From NCBI GenBank assembly GCA_945879015.1, contig CAMCUO010000009.1, forward strand, positions 6,444-70,443: 64,000 nt of DNA, written 5' to 3'. The notes beneath the pieces are model-generated. The model saw only the letters and a list, made by a program, of their open reading frames with translations. It was not told the DNA's origin and did no database searches. A program made the position numbers and the translations under genes. Shown here in pieces: positions 9,097 through 17,359 of the stretch (position 1 is its first letter; each line of letters starts with the position of its first letter). Source of the DNA: Chitinophaga pinensis. GTDB lineage: Bacteria > Bacteroidota > Bacteroidia > 2-12-FULL-35-15.

Positions 9097-10342
9097 TGCC
9101 AAATAATAATTCTTTATTTAATAAAGCTATCATTTCTTTCTGCTCTTCTAATGTTTCACAAGTCGCTATTTTACCTGCCGCGTAACCCGTTTGCAAACAA
9201 GTTCCAATCACTCTTGCGCTTGCAATTGCTTTTGTGGTAGCCGAAATATTTTTCCCTGCAAAAAACAAATTATCAAATGCATATGAGATCAGACAATCTG
9301 CAGGAATCATATATGCATCATCAGGTCCAAAATATTCCATCGACACATTTCCATCACTTTGCCATTCTTCGATCGGCCAGGTTCCAACAGCAATTCCCGT
9401 ATCCATTTTTTTACACGAAAGCACATCTGATTCAGTAAGTATGTATTTTCCCTTTGAACGTTTTAATGTACGAATTCCCAATTTAGGAAAAATTGTTTCG
9501 ATCAATGCGTATTTTAAACTTTCGACTTCTTCTGTTAAAAATGGAAATACTGTTTCAATACTTGTTCTTCCTTTTAAATATAGTTCATTGTTAGTTTCAT
9601 CAAGATCGGTGATCGCATCCGGAAATGTAATTTTAAAATCCGCTTGTTTGTTTTTTAATGAGCCGGGAACAACACTCAAAAATGTAAAACTTTGTGGCCA
9701 GCTATTTTTCTTCACCAACATTGACATCGCTTTTTTTAAAGACATATTCAACGAAAACTCTGAATCAGACAAAACGCCTTTCACTCTGAAAATTTGTGAT
9801 GCGGATTGATAACTTGGACTAGCAATCATTTCTAATCCTGCCAGTTGAGAAACAACTCCGTTTCCGCTGCAATCAATTACGGCCTTAGGAAGTATTTCAA
9901 CGCTTTCTTTTCCACTTGCTACAATCAGCCTGTTAATTGAATTCATTTTTTTATCCACGCGGATTATTTCGGAAAACTTCATGATGTGGATGCCATTAGC
10001 AAGAAGTTCTATTTCTAAAAAGGACTGCAAAACGGACCATTCATAAGAAAGAATAAACAACCCTTTGTGATAGTTTTTTGGAGTTTTTTCAATTGATATA
10101 GAAATCAGTTTATTCAAAAAAGCTGTTGAAAAAGAGTAGCCTGCAATTCGAGGATATTCGGAAAATGTGCGGTAATAAGCACCGCAAATTGTACCAACAT
10201 TACTTTGTGTGGCGTTGCCTCCGAGTGAATCGCTTTTTTCTATAATAAGTACTTTTTTCTTTTCTTTTGCAGCCGCAATTGCCGCGGAACATCCTGCAAT
10301 TCCGGCACCAACAATTACAACATCTACCTCGAAGGAAATCAT
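9089..10342 (-). CDS. FAD-dependent oxidoreductase
   Basis: N-terminal dinucleotide-binding fold VVIVGAGIAGCSAAIAAAKEKKKVLIIEK..LGGN. 417 aa. It shares an ATGA overlap with the upstream acyltransferase gene. Confidence 0.75.
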   Translation of the reverse strand: MISFEVDVVIVGAGIAGCSAAIAAAKEKKKVLIIEKSDSLGGNATQSNVGTICGAYYRTFSEYPRIAGYSFSTAFLNKLISISIEKTPKNYHKGLFILSYEWSVLQSFLEIELLANGIHIMKFSEIIRVDKKMNSINRLIVASGKESVEILPKAVIDCSGNGVVSQLAGLEMIASPSYQSASQIFRVKGVLSDSEFSLNMSLKKAMSMLVKKNSWPQSFTFLSVVPGSLKNKQADFKITFPDAITDLDETNNELYLKGRTSIETVFPFLTEEVESLKYALIETIFPKLGIRTLKRSKGKYILTESDVLSCKKMDTGIAVGTWPIEEWQSDGNVSMEYFGPDDAYMIPADCLISYAFDNLFFAGKNISATTKAIASARVIGTCLQTGYAAGKIATCETLEEQKEMIALLNKELLFGNE

Positions 10343-11634
10343 TCTATAAATTTTTTACCATTAATTAATTCGAATTTCAATTGCTTTTCTAATTGAACCA
10401 TTTCTACTTCAGAAAGAACTTCCTTGTAATACAAAACCATTATTTGTAATCGTCCTTTAAACCTCATAAATGCAATTGTTAGTCCGGGAGGATAAATATT
10501 CGGTGGAAAACTCAAGGCATCAGTCACGTTCAATCCATCAAATTTTAAAAGTTCTTCGGGATGATCTTCCGCAATCGTAAATAAAAATCCGGAAAGCGAA
10601 CCTCCTTGTGGACCCTTTATTAACTGGTAATACAAGCTAGATGGAATTCTTCTTAAAAAATGCATCAACACATCGTATGCGCGTGGAATCCCTTTTCGAA
10701 TCTGATCTACCATTTGATCATTGATTGTTTTTACGGCATGCTCCAGTGATTCCAACACCTCAGAATTTAGTCTGTAAAATAAAAAGGACAGGTGATTTCC
10801 CAAAAGAGGACCAACAGCCCCTTTTTTGCGTTTATTCTGCGGTACAGGAATCCAAAAATTACTGACTGTTGATTTACGCTGGATCAATATTTCTTTTACG
10901 GCTCTGGCGCTGCAAGCCAAATAAAAAGGGCTTCGTCCGAATTTCGCTCCAAGTTTAGGAGCATTCAAATCGATTTCCATTGTCTCTTCTTTCGTAAAAC
11001 GGATCACTTTTATTTTTTGATCCACTTCTGGATGTCTCGTTTCAGGACTGAGACCGGAAGTTGGTTTTTTGGAAGATGCAGACAAAAAAAACGTCGCTTT
11101 CACGGCTTCTTTTAATGTAGAGACATTAAATTTAATTTTAGTATTATCTGAAATGTATCCGCTGCTGCTCTCCGATCCATTTAGTTGTTTAAGAAACAAT
11201 ACTGCTCCATAACTATCCATGATCAGGTGATTCCAGGAAAATATAAGCGCAGTTTTCCTGTCAGATCTTCTAATAATATCAAAAGAAAAAAGCGGAGAAT
11301 TTACAGCCGAAATTTTTTTGTTGATCAACAGATCCGGAAGAAATGAATCGTTTTCATGTGCGGTTACCTCGATTTTCTTCCACTGATTCGATTCCCATTT
11401 TGGGAGTGCAAATAATCCATTTTTATTGATTGAAAGAGAAGCAAGATATTGTGATGCTTTGTTATTTGTTATTTTGTTTTTAAAATCAGCAACATTTAAT
11501 TCGCCATCAAGTTCCAGCAGATAACGGCACGTATTTCCGGATAAACCTTTATGATGATCATGTTTTTCTAAGGCCAAAATAAAACAATCTGCAGCCGTTA
11601 AGGGAACACTGTTTATTTGATTAGAATTATCCAT
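10339..11634 (-). CDS. HxxxD acyltransferase of the condensation / WS-DGAT / PapA-like superfamily
   Basis: The N-terminus VPLTAADCFILALEKHDHHKGL resembles the WS/DGAT start (PLSxxDxxFLxxE...). The candidate catalytic motif is NHLIMDSYGAVLF (HxxxD). 431 aa. Confidence 0.6.
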   Translation of the reverse strand: MDNSNQINSVPLTAADCFILALEKHDHHKGLSGNTCRYLLELDGELNVADFKNKITNNKASQYLASLSINKNGLFALPKWESNQWKKIEVTAHENDSFLPDLLINKKISAVNSPLFSFDIIRRSDRKTALIFSWNHLIMDSYGAVLFLKQLNGSESSSGYISDNTKIKFNVSTLKEAVKATFFLSASSKKPTSGLSPETRHPEVDQKIKVIRFTKEETMEIDLNAPKLGAKFGRSPFYLACSARAVKEILIQRKSTVSNFWIPVPQNKRKKGAVGPLLGNHLSFLFYRLNSEVLESLEHAVKTINDQMVDQIRKGIPRAYDVLMHFLRRIPSSLYYQLIKGPQGGSLSGFLFTIAEDHPEELLKFDGLNVTDALSFPPNIYPPGLTIAFMRFKGRLQIMVLYYKEVLSEVEMVQLEKQLKFELINGKKFIE

Positions 11635-11637
11635 AAA

Positions 11638-11889
11638 TTAAAGATACCTAAAAGTACATTCGGCCAATGTTTGAATGGATTTTAAATTCTCGGGAGTCAG
11701 GTCTTTCTCAGAAATGGCAACTTCAAATTTCCGTTCGATAAACAAAACCAATTCAATGATCGACATGGAATCTATTCCAATATCGCTGAAGAGAGTATCA
11801 GGAGTAATACTTAAGGAGCTATCTAAAATAGCAGACTGAACAAATAAAAGAAGTTCATTGCAAATATGTTCTTTGCTAATCTTTTCCAT
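11638..11889 (-). CDS. Stand-alone acyl carrier protein
   Basis: 83 aa, with the phosphopantetheine attachment motif GIDSMSIIEL. Confidence 0.85.
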   Translation of the reverse strand: MEKISKEHICNELLLFVQSAILDSSLSITPDTLFSDIGIDSMSIIELVLFIERKFEVAISEKDLTPENLKSIQTLAECTFRYL

Positions 11890-11897
11890 TATAAAAA

Positions 11898-13175
11898 TTA
11901 ATTAATGCGCGTTTTAAGTTTATACAAACGATAAGAGATCACGATGGAAAACACAAAGAAAAGTCCGAGTTTTAAAACCTGGTATTGGATTGCATACCAG
12001 TCGCCACCCTTAATAAATAACTCGTAATAACCCGTGAGTGCCCAGTTAAGCGGAGACAAGGAGCTGATGGTTTGCATAACAGGAGGCATAATATTTACGG
12101 GCACCCAGATACCTCCGAGCGCAGACATGATCAGAATACTAATGCCGCCAAAGACAGCAGATTGCTGTGGTGTGTTGAATAATGTTCCGATCAATAAGCC
12201 ATAACTAACTGCAGCCAAAGATAGCATCATTGTGAGTGCGGTCAATGCGAGCCAGTGCGTTCCAATATCTAAGACAGATAGGCCCAACAGTGGCATCACA
12301 TATTTCCCGAGTAAGATGATCACTACAAATTGAACAATTGCAACTAAAAAATAAACAAAAAGTTTACCTGATAATATTGATAGATAATTACCTGGAAATG
12401 TTCTCAACCTGATAAACATTCCTTCCGAGCGTTCATAAATGATACTGCCGCCCAAAGGCAGAACGATAAAAAATATTGAAAAAATAGCCCAGGCAGGAAT
12501 GTTATGCTGAACAGCACTAGGCTGATATGTTTTTTTAAGATCTCTGACAGCATATGCTTCCTCATAAACAAAAAAATCAGACTCAGGCAGCACCGCTTTT
12601 GAATCTGATTCTAATAGTTGTGCAATTTTTTCACCCATTATCTGAAACAATATCTTTGTTTTTATGGAAGAGATCAACTCTTTTAATCCACTATTTATAC
12701 CCATTACAAACGATTTGTTTGCTGTAGGATCGATGATGATCTCTACTTTTACCTGCTGCGGCTCTTTTATTACTGTGCTTTTCTGATCAAAAAAAACATT
12801 CACCATTTCGGCCACATTTTCCCGCAGTACATTTGTCGAATTTTTCGGTATCACTAATGCTGCAAGAAATTCGCCCTCAACAATTCTCTTTTTGATATCA
12901 TCGGATGATCTGTATTTTGTCCCGTCATCAACTGTTAAATCACAAATTCCGAATTTCTTAAACCCGTTTTCGATTGCTAAGCCAAGACTGTCATTATCAT
13001 TGTTAACGAGCAATACAGGGATTCCGGACTGAGAAAGACTTTTATATGCCTCGTGTTGAATGAGCGTCATAATGAATACTAGCAAAACGGGCATCACAAA
13101 AAGAACTGTGATACCGGTTTTGTCAACGATCAACAATTTGACTTCTTTAATTAAGGTTGAAATTAATCGATGCAT
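11898..13175 (-). CDS. ABC-2 type transporter permease
   Basis: 425 aa. The topology is one N-terminal TM, a large extracytoplasmic loop, then a cluster of about 5 C-terminal TMs, as is typical of ABC-2 exporters. It lies 1 nt downstream of the ATPase gene. Confidence 0.8.
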   Translation of the reverse strand: MHRLISTLIKEVKLLIVDKTGITVLFVMPVLLVFIMTLIQHEAYKSLSQSGIPVLLVNNDNDSLGLAIENGFKKFGICDLTVDDGTKYRSSDDIKKRIVEGEFLAALVIPKNSTNVLRENVAEMVNVFFDQKSTVIKEPQQVKVEIIIDPTANKSFVMGINSGLKELISSIKTKILFQIMGEKIAQLLESDSKAVLPESDFFVYEEAYAVRDLKKTYQPSAVQHNIPAWAIFSIFFIVLPLGGSIIYERSEGMFIRLRTFPGNYLSILSGKLFVYFLVAIVQFVVIILLGKYVMPLLGLSVLDIGTHWLALTALTMMLSLAAVSYGLLIGTLFNTPQQSAVFGGISILIMSALGGIWVPVNIMPPVMQTISSLSPLNWALTGYYELFIKGGDWYAIQYQVLKLGLFFVFSIVISYRLYKLKTRIN

Positions 13176-13176
13176 A

Positions 13177-13929
13177 TTAGTCCCTTATTTTTCTTCCAGT
13201 AAATTTTAAAAATACATCTTCCAAATCAGTTCCATTCTCTTGTCGTATCAACTCTAGAGGGCTTCCCAAACAAAGTATTTTCCCTTGATCCATAATTGCA
13301 ACTCTGTCGCAAAACAATTCAGCTTGTTCAAGATAGTGGGACGTATAGAGAATCGTCATTTTTTTATTAACATTAAGTTCCTTTAAATGTTCCATCATAG
13401 ACGTTCGTGTCTGTACATCCATTCCCACTATTGGTTCATCCAACAATAAAATGCTAGGCTCATGTAATATTCCACCGATCAGATTTATTCTACGCTTCAT
13501 TCCACCAGAATAATTTTTGACAGGCTTATCACTATTTTTATCAAATCCGAATTTGGACAAACATTCCTGCACTCTTTCTTTCAAGACTTTCCCTTTCAAG
13601 CCATACATTCGTCCAATAAAAAGCAGATTGTCCCTTCCGGATAAGGTTGGATAAAGTGCGATGTCTTGGGGAACCACACCAATTATTTTTTTAATAGATT
13701 CCAGATTTTTACTGATCGAGTATCCTGCAATTTCGGCATTTCCGCTACTTGCTTGGAGTAAACCACAAATGATTGAAAAGAAAGTCGTTTTTCCCGCTCC
13801 GTTTGGCCCCAACAATCCAAATATTTCTCCATTAAAAATATCCAGATTCATTTCCTTGAGAGCAAACGAATCATTCCCAGGATATTTTTTGGACAAATTT
13901 GAAATCCGTATGCAGCAATCCCCCTTCAT
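13177..13929 (-). CDS. ABC transporter ATP-binding protein
   Basis: Walker A GPNGAGKTT, signature SGGMKRR, Walker B LLLDEP. Confidence 0.92.
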   Translation of the reverse strand: MKGDCCIRISNLSKKYPGNDSFALKEMNLDIFNGEIFGLLGPNGAGKTTFFSIICGLLQASSGNAEIAGYSISKNLESIKKIIGVVPQDIALYPTLSGRDNLLFIGRMYGLKGKVLKERVQECLSKFGFDKNSDKPVKNYSGGMKRRINLIGGILHEPSILLLDEPIVGMDVQTRTSMMEHLKELNVNKKMTILYTSHYLEQAELFCDRVAIMDQGKILCLGSPLELIRQENGTDLEDVFLKFTGRKIRD

Positions 13930-14266
13930 TTATTTAATTTTTTAAGAAAAACAAAATTAGTCGTTTTAAAATAAAACAGGCTATTTTTTACGGATTTAAA
14001 TAAACGCAAATGTGCCACTTCAACAATAAAAAAAAGAAGGTCATCGTACTGCGAATCCAAAACTGGATGAACAAACTCGCTTGTCTGTTTTGGTGGCCTT
14101 TCAGACGCAAAAAAAGGCATTTTAGGACAAACGGATAATCGATACAGAAAATTGATTCTTAGCAAAGAACCGACTCTATTGCAGCAGCAACAGCCCTTAC
14201 AAAAGATTTTTCAATAAAATTATTAAAATTCCGTATCATTGTAATTCAAAATCGTTTATTGGTAAA

Positions 14267-15754
14267 ATGAAGAAATCGTGTGCGGTAGTTGGTTCGGGAA
14301 TTGCAGGATTGGCTGCTGCAATTCGGATTGCAGCAAAAGGGTATGCCGTTGATGTTTATGAGACCAATGATTATGCAGGAGGCAAAATGAGGGAACTGCG
14401 AAAAGACGGATATCGTTTTGATATGGGTCCGTCTGTTTTTATGTTGCCCGAACTTATTGACGAATTATTTGAACTTTGCCACAAAAACCCGCGCGATTAT
14501 TACACCTACAACCCGCTGGATATTTCGTTTAAATATTTTTTTGAGGACGGCTGTGTTATAAATGCTTATGCCGATGTAGAAAAATTCGGAGAAGAAATAG
14601 CACTTAAAACAATTGATACCAAGAAAACATTTGACAACTATCGGAAGGACATAGAAACGAAATTCAAGATAACGAATGGGGTATTTATTGAAAATTCGTT
14701 ACATGTATTCCTTAACTTCATTAATTGGAGAACAATTTACGGTCTGTTCAATTTTCACAAGATCGATGCATTTAAGTCGATGAATAAAGGAAACAAATCC
14801 TTTTTTAAGGATCCCCGTTTGGTTCAATTACTCAATAATTTCGCAACGTATGTCGGATCAAACCCTTTTGTTGCACCTGCCACACTAAACGTTATCCAAC
14901 ATTTAGAAATTAATTTAGGAACTTATATCCCTGAAAAGGGCATGTATTCTATTGTTTCTGCGCTTGTAAAATTAGCAGAAGACATGTCCGTAAAATTTCA
15001 CTACAACACTACTGTTGAAGAAATTATTACAGCATCAGCAGACAATGGAGGGAAAAAGAAAAAAGTGATCGGAATAAAAACAAAAAAAGCTGACCTTATT
15101 TCTTACAATCGTGTGATTAGCAACATGGATATCTACTACACATTTAACAAATTATTGCCTAAAGAACCTGCGCCTAAAAGAATTCTGGAACAACCAAAAT
15201 CAAGTTCGGTAATTGGATTTTTCTGGGGTGTAGATAAAAAACATGAAACTTTGGGAATACACAATATGCTTTTTTCGAATGATGATGAAGCAGAATACAA
15301 AGCGATATTCAATAACAATATAGTAAGTGATGACCCTTCTATATATATTTCCATCTCATCCAAACAGATAAGGGAAGATGCTCCAAAAGATTGCGAGAAT
15401 TGGTTTCTGTTTGTAACGGCCCCAAATGATCAAGGTCAGAATTGGGATGAATTAGTGATTCGGACACGTAAAAATGTTTTTGAAAAAGTGAACAGGATGC
15501 TTAGAACAGATATCGAAAAACACATTCAGTTCGAGGAGTTGTTGACGCCACCAATGATCAAGGAAAACTATTCAAGTCCCTTTGGTGCTGTATACGGAAA
15601 TAGCTCAGATGATAAATTTGCATCCTTTTTCCGTCATTCTAATTTTTCTAAAAACATAAGCGGTTTATATTTTGTAGGAGGAAGTGTTCATCCCGGAGCG
15701 GGAATTCCGATGTGTTTGAATTCTGCAAAAATAATGGGCAAGGTTTTTTCTTAA
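14267..15754 (+). CDS. Phytoene-desaturase-family carotenoid desaturase (CrtI/CrtD-like)
   Basis: 495 aa. N-terminal FAD fold AVVGSGIAGLAAAIRIAAKGYAVDVYETNDYAGGK, and a C-terminal GLYFVGGSVHPGAGIPM motif typical of CrtI/CrtD enzymes. Confidence 0.8.
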   Translation: MKKSCAVVGSGIAGLAAAIRIAAKGYAVDVYETNDYAGGKMRELRKDGYRFDMGPSVFMLPELIDELFELCHKNPRDYYTYNPLDISFKYFFEDGCVINAYADVEKFGEEIALKTIDTKKTFDNYRKDIETKFKITNGVFIENSLHVFLNFINWRTIYGLFNFHKIDAFKSMNKGNKSFFKDPRLVQLLNNFATYVGSNPFVAPATLNVIQHLEINLGTYIPEKGMYSIVSALVKLAEDMSVKFHYNTTVEEIITASADNGGKKKKVIGIKTKKADLISYNRVISNMDIYYTFNKLLPKEPAPKRILEQPKSSSVIGFFWGVDKKHETLGIHNMLFSNDDEAEYKAIFNNNIVSDDPSIYISISSKQIREDAPKDCENWFLFVTAPNDQGQNWDELVIRTRKNVFEKVNRMLRTDIEKHIQFEELLTPPMIKENYSSPFGAVYGNSSDDKFASFFRHSNFSKNISGLYFVGGSVHPGAGIPMCLNSAKIMGKVFS

Positions 15755-15778
15755 AGATAAATTTGAAAAAAGATACGT

Positions 15779-16270
15779 CTACTCTCCTCTAATCTTCTTC
15801 TTTTTTTTTGCAATCAAATAATATTTAAAAGGAACCAAAAGCATCCCATAACAAACGTCATCCTCTTTTTTATAATCCGGCTTTCCATCATTTTGATGAT
15901 GCGCAAGGTGTCCGTATTTTAGTGCCAACAAATGAGGGCTCTTGGTTTTTGCCAATAAATTTATTCTCTTATGAATCAAACCATCGTGTATAAGAGCATA
16001 ACATACTCCATAAAGTGTAATTCCAATCCCCACATACATCTTGTAATCACAACCATGCCGAATGCCAAACATTATTAACATCCAACTGGGAATCACGAAT
16101 ATTAATGCGAAAAAATCGTTTTTTTCGAATTTATTTTTGTGGGGGATGTGATGATCTCTATGTAATTTCCAGAGAAAGCCGTGCATAATAAAACGGTGCA
16201 TCGTCCAAGCAACAGCTTCCATCAGGATAAATGAAACAATTATTATAAGGGCATTCCAGAGATAAATCAT
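15779..16270 (-). CDS. crtZ: Beta-carotene hydroxylase (fatty-acid-hydroxylase superfamily)
   Basis: 163 aa with four histidine boxes in the CrtZ arrangement: HRFIMH, HRDHH, HDGLIH, HLAHH. Confidence 0.8.
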   Translation of the reverse strand: MIYLWNALIIIVSFILMEAVAWTMHRFIMHGFLWKLHRDHHIPHKNKFEKNDFFALIFVIPSWMLIMFGIRHGCDYKMYVGIGITLYGVCYALIHDGLIHKRINLLAKTKSPHLLALKYGHLAHHQNDGKPDYKKEDDVCYGMLLVPFKYYLIAKKKKKIRGE

Positions 16271-16499
16271 TATTCAAAAATTTGTTCAATAAGCACTATT
16301 ATTCCTATTCAATTATTCCATTTAATATAAAACCGAAAAATCCAGGTTTATATTCCAAATCCATATAAATTTTATCAAAACTCGGTTTACTTATATACTT
16401 TTTCAGTAAGCAAAGATAAATAAAAATTACCCTTTTGAAGGATTTTTAACCTTTATTAATACTCGTATATTTTCTATAGTGAATCTTGATTGTCTGTGG

Positions 16500-16938
16500 T
16501 TAATTGAACCTCCAGTAGCGGAGTTGGAATAGTTGCAAGTGCAGGAGTTGTTTGGAATATGAATTGGTAATAGTTAGTGATTTTTGGAGTGTTGCACAGC
16601 CTTGTGTTGGTTGCAATGGCGTAGCTGTTTGGGATGGCGTTTCATGGACACCACTCGTAAATGGCGTTAACAATGATGTACTTTCGATAACAGTATGGAA
16701 CAATGAAGTAGTAATTGCGGGAGATTTCACTCAAGCCAATGGTGTTCCAATTGCAAGAATCGCGAAATGGAATGGCACCGTTTGGGAATCTGTTGGACCA
16801 ATTGGAAGTTTTACTAATGATACCCGTGCCATGGTAGAATGCGATGGTGAACTTTGGGTGGGTGGCGATTTTAATAATGTTGGAGGAAATTCAGCATTGC
16901 ATGGTGATTTTTTTATTGTAAAACGAGGGGGGAAATAG
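16500..16938 (+). pseudogene. Stranded fragment of a beta-propeller-repeat (secreted/T9SS-type) protein
   Basis: The 128-aa ORF shows only repeated blades: VAVWDGVSWTPL...VIAGDFTQANG...IAKWNGTVWESVG...LWVGGDFNNVGG. It has no signal peptide and no C-terminal sorting domain. A similar WN..W fragment lies in another frame just upstream (16540-16570). Confidence 0.5.
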
Positions 16939-17359
16939 AAAAATTTTTGGTAATTAAATCAAATAAACAGCTTTTAAACAATCATTGCTGGGTTTTTATT
17001 GGAAAGTTATCTATATTTTGATTAGTGAGGATCCGACTTTAAATGCAAAAACCCTAGGGTTTTAATATTCTCATAATATAAAGCAGCATTAGATATTAAA
17101 GCAAATTCCAATACAGCAATAATGATTTTACATCCTTTTTCTTGTCATTTTTATTTCTGAAATTTTACCAAGACGGATTTTAGTTTGTGCTATAAAAAAG
17201 TATTTCTTTCGGATTTCTTAGGAAAGAAAAATCGAACAACAAACAATTCGAACACACTTTTCTTTCCTCTATGATACGCTAGTAACTATTTGTCGAAATT
17301 ATAATGCCTATATGTCTTTATTATTTAGTAATTTCGTGTGCTAAATATTCAACCCCATT

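Noticed and set aside
13926-14165. 79-aa minus-strand ORF in the spacer between the ABC ATPase and the crtD-like gene
   Set aside because: It has low-complexity composition with no recognisable motif, and it sits in a divergent promoter region. It would have to be translated upstream of, and overlapping, the ABC ATPase start. It is likely spurious.
16939-17359. Possible riboswitch (for example c-di-AMP or K+-responsive) in the 420-nt leader upstream of kup
   Set aside because: The region is very AT-rich. The only short palindrome is AAAACCCTAGGGTTTT near 17050, and I could not recognise any conserved riboswitch core by eye. A covariance-model scan (Rfam/Infernal) would be needed to exclude one formally.
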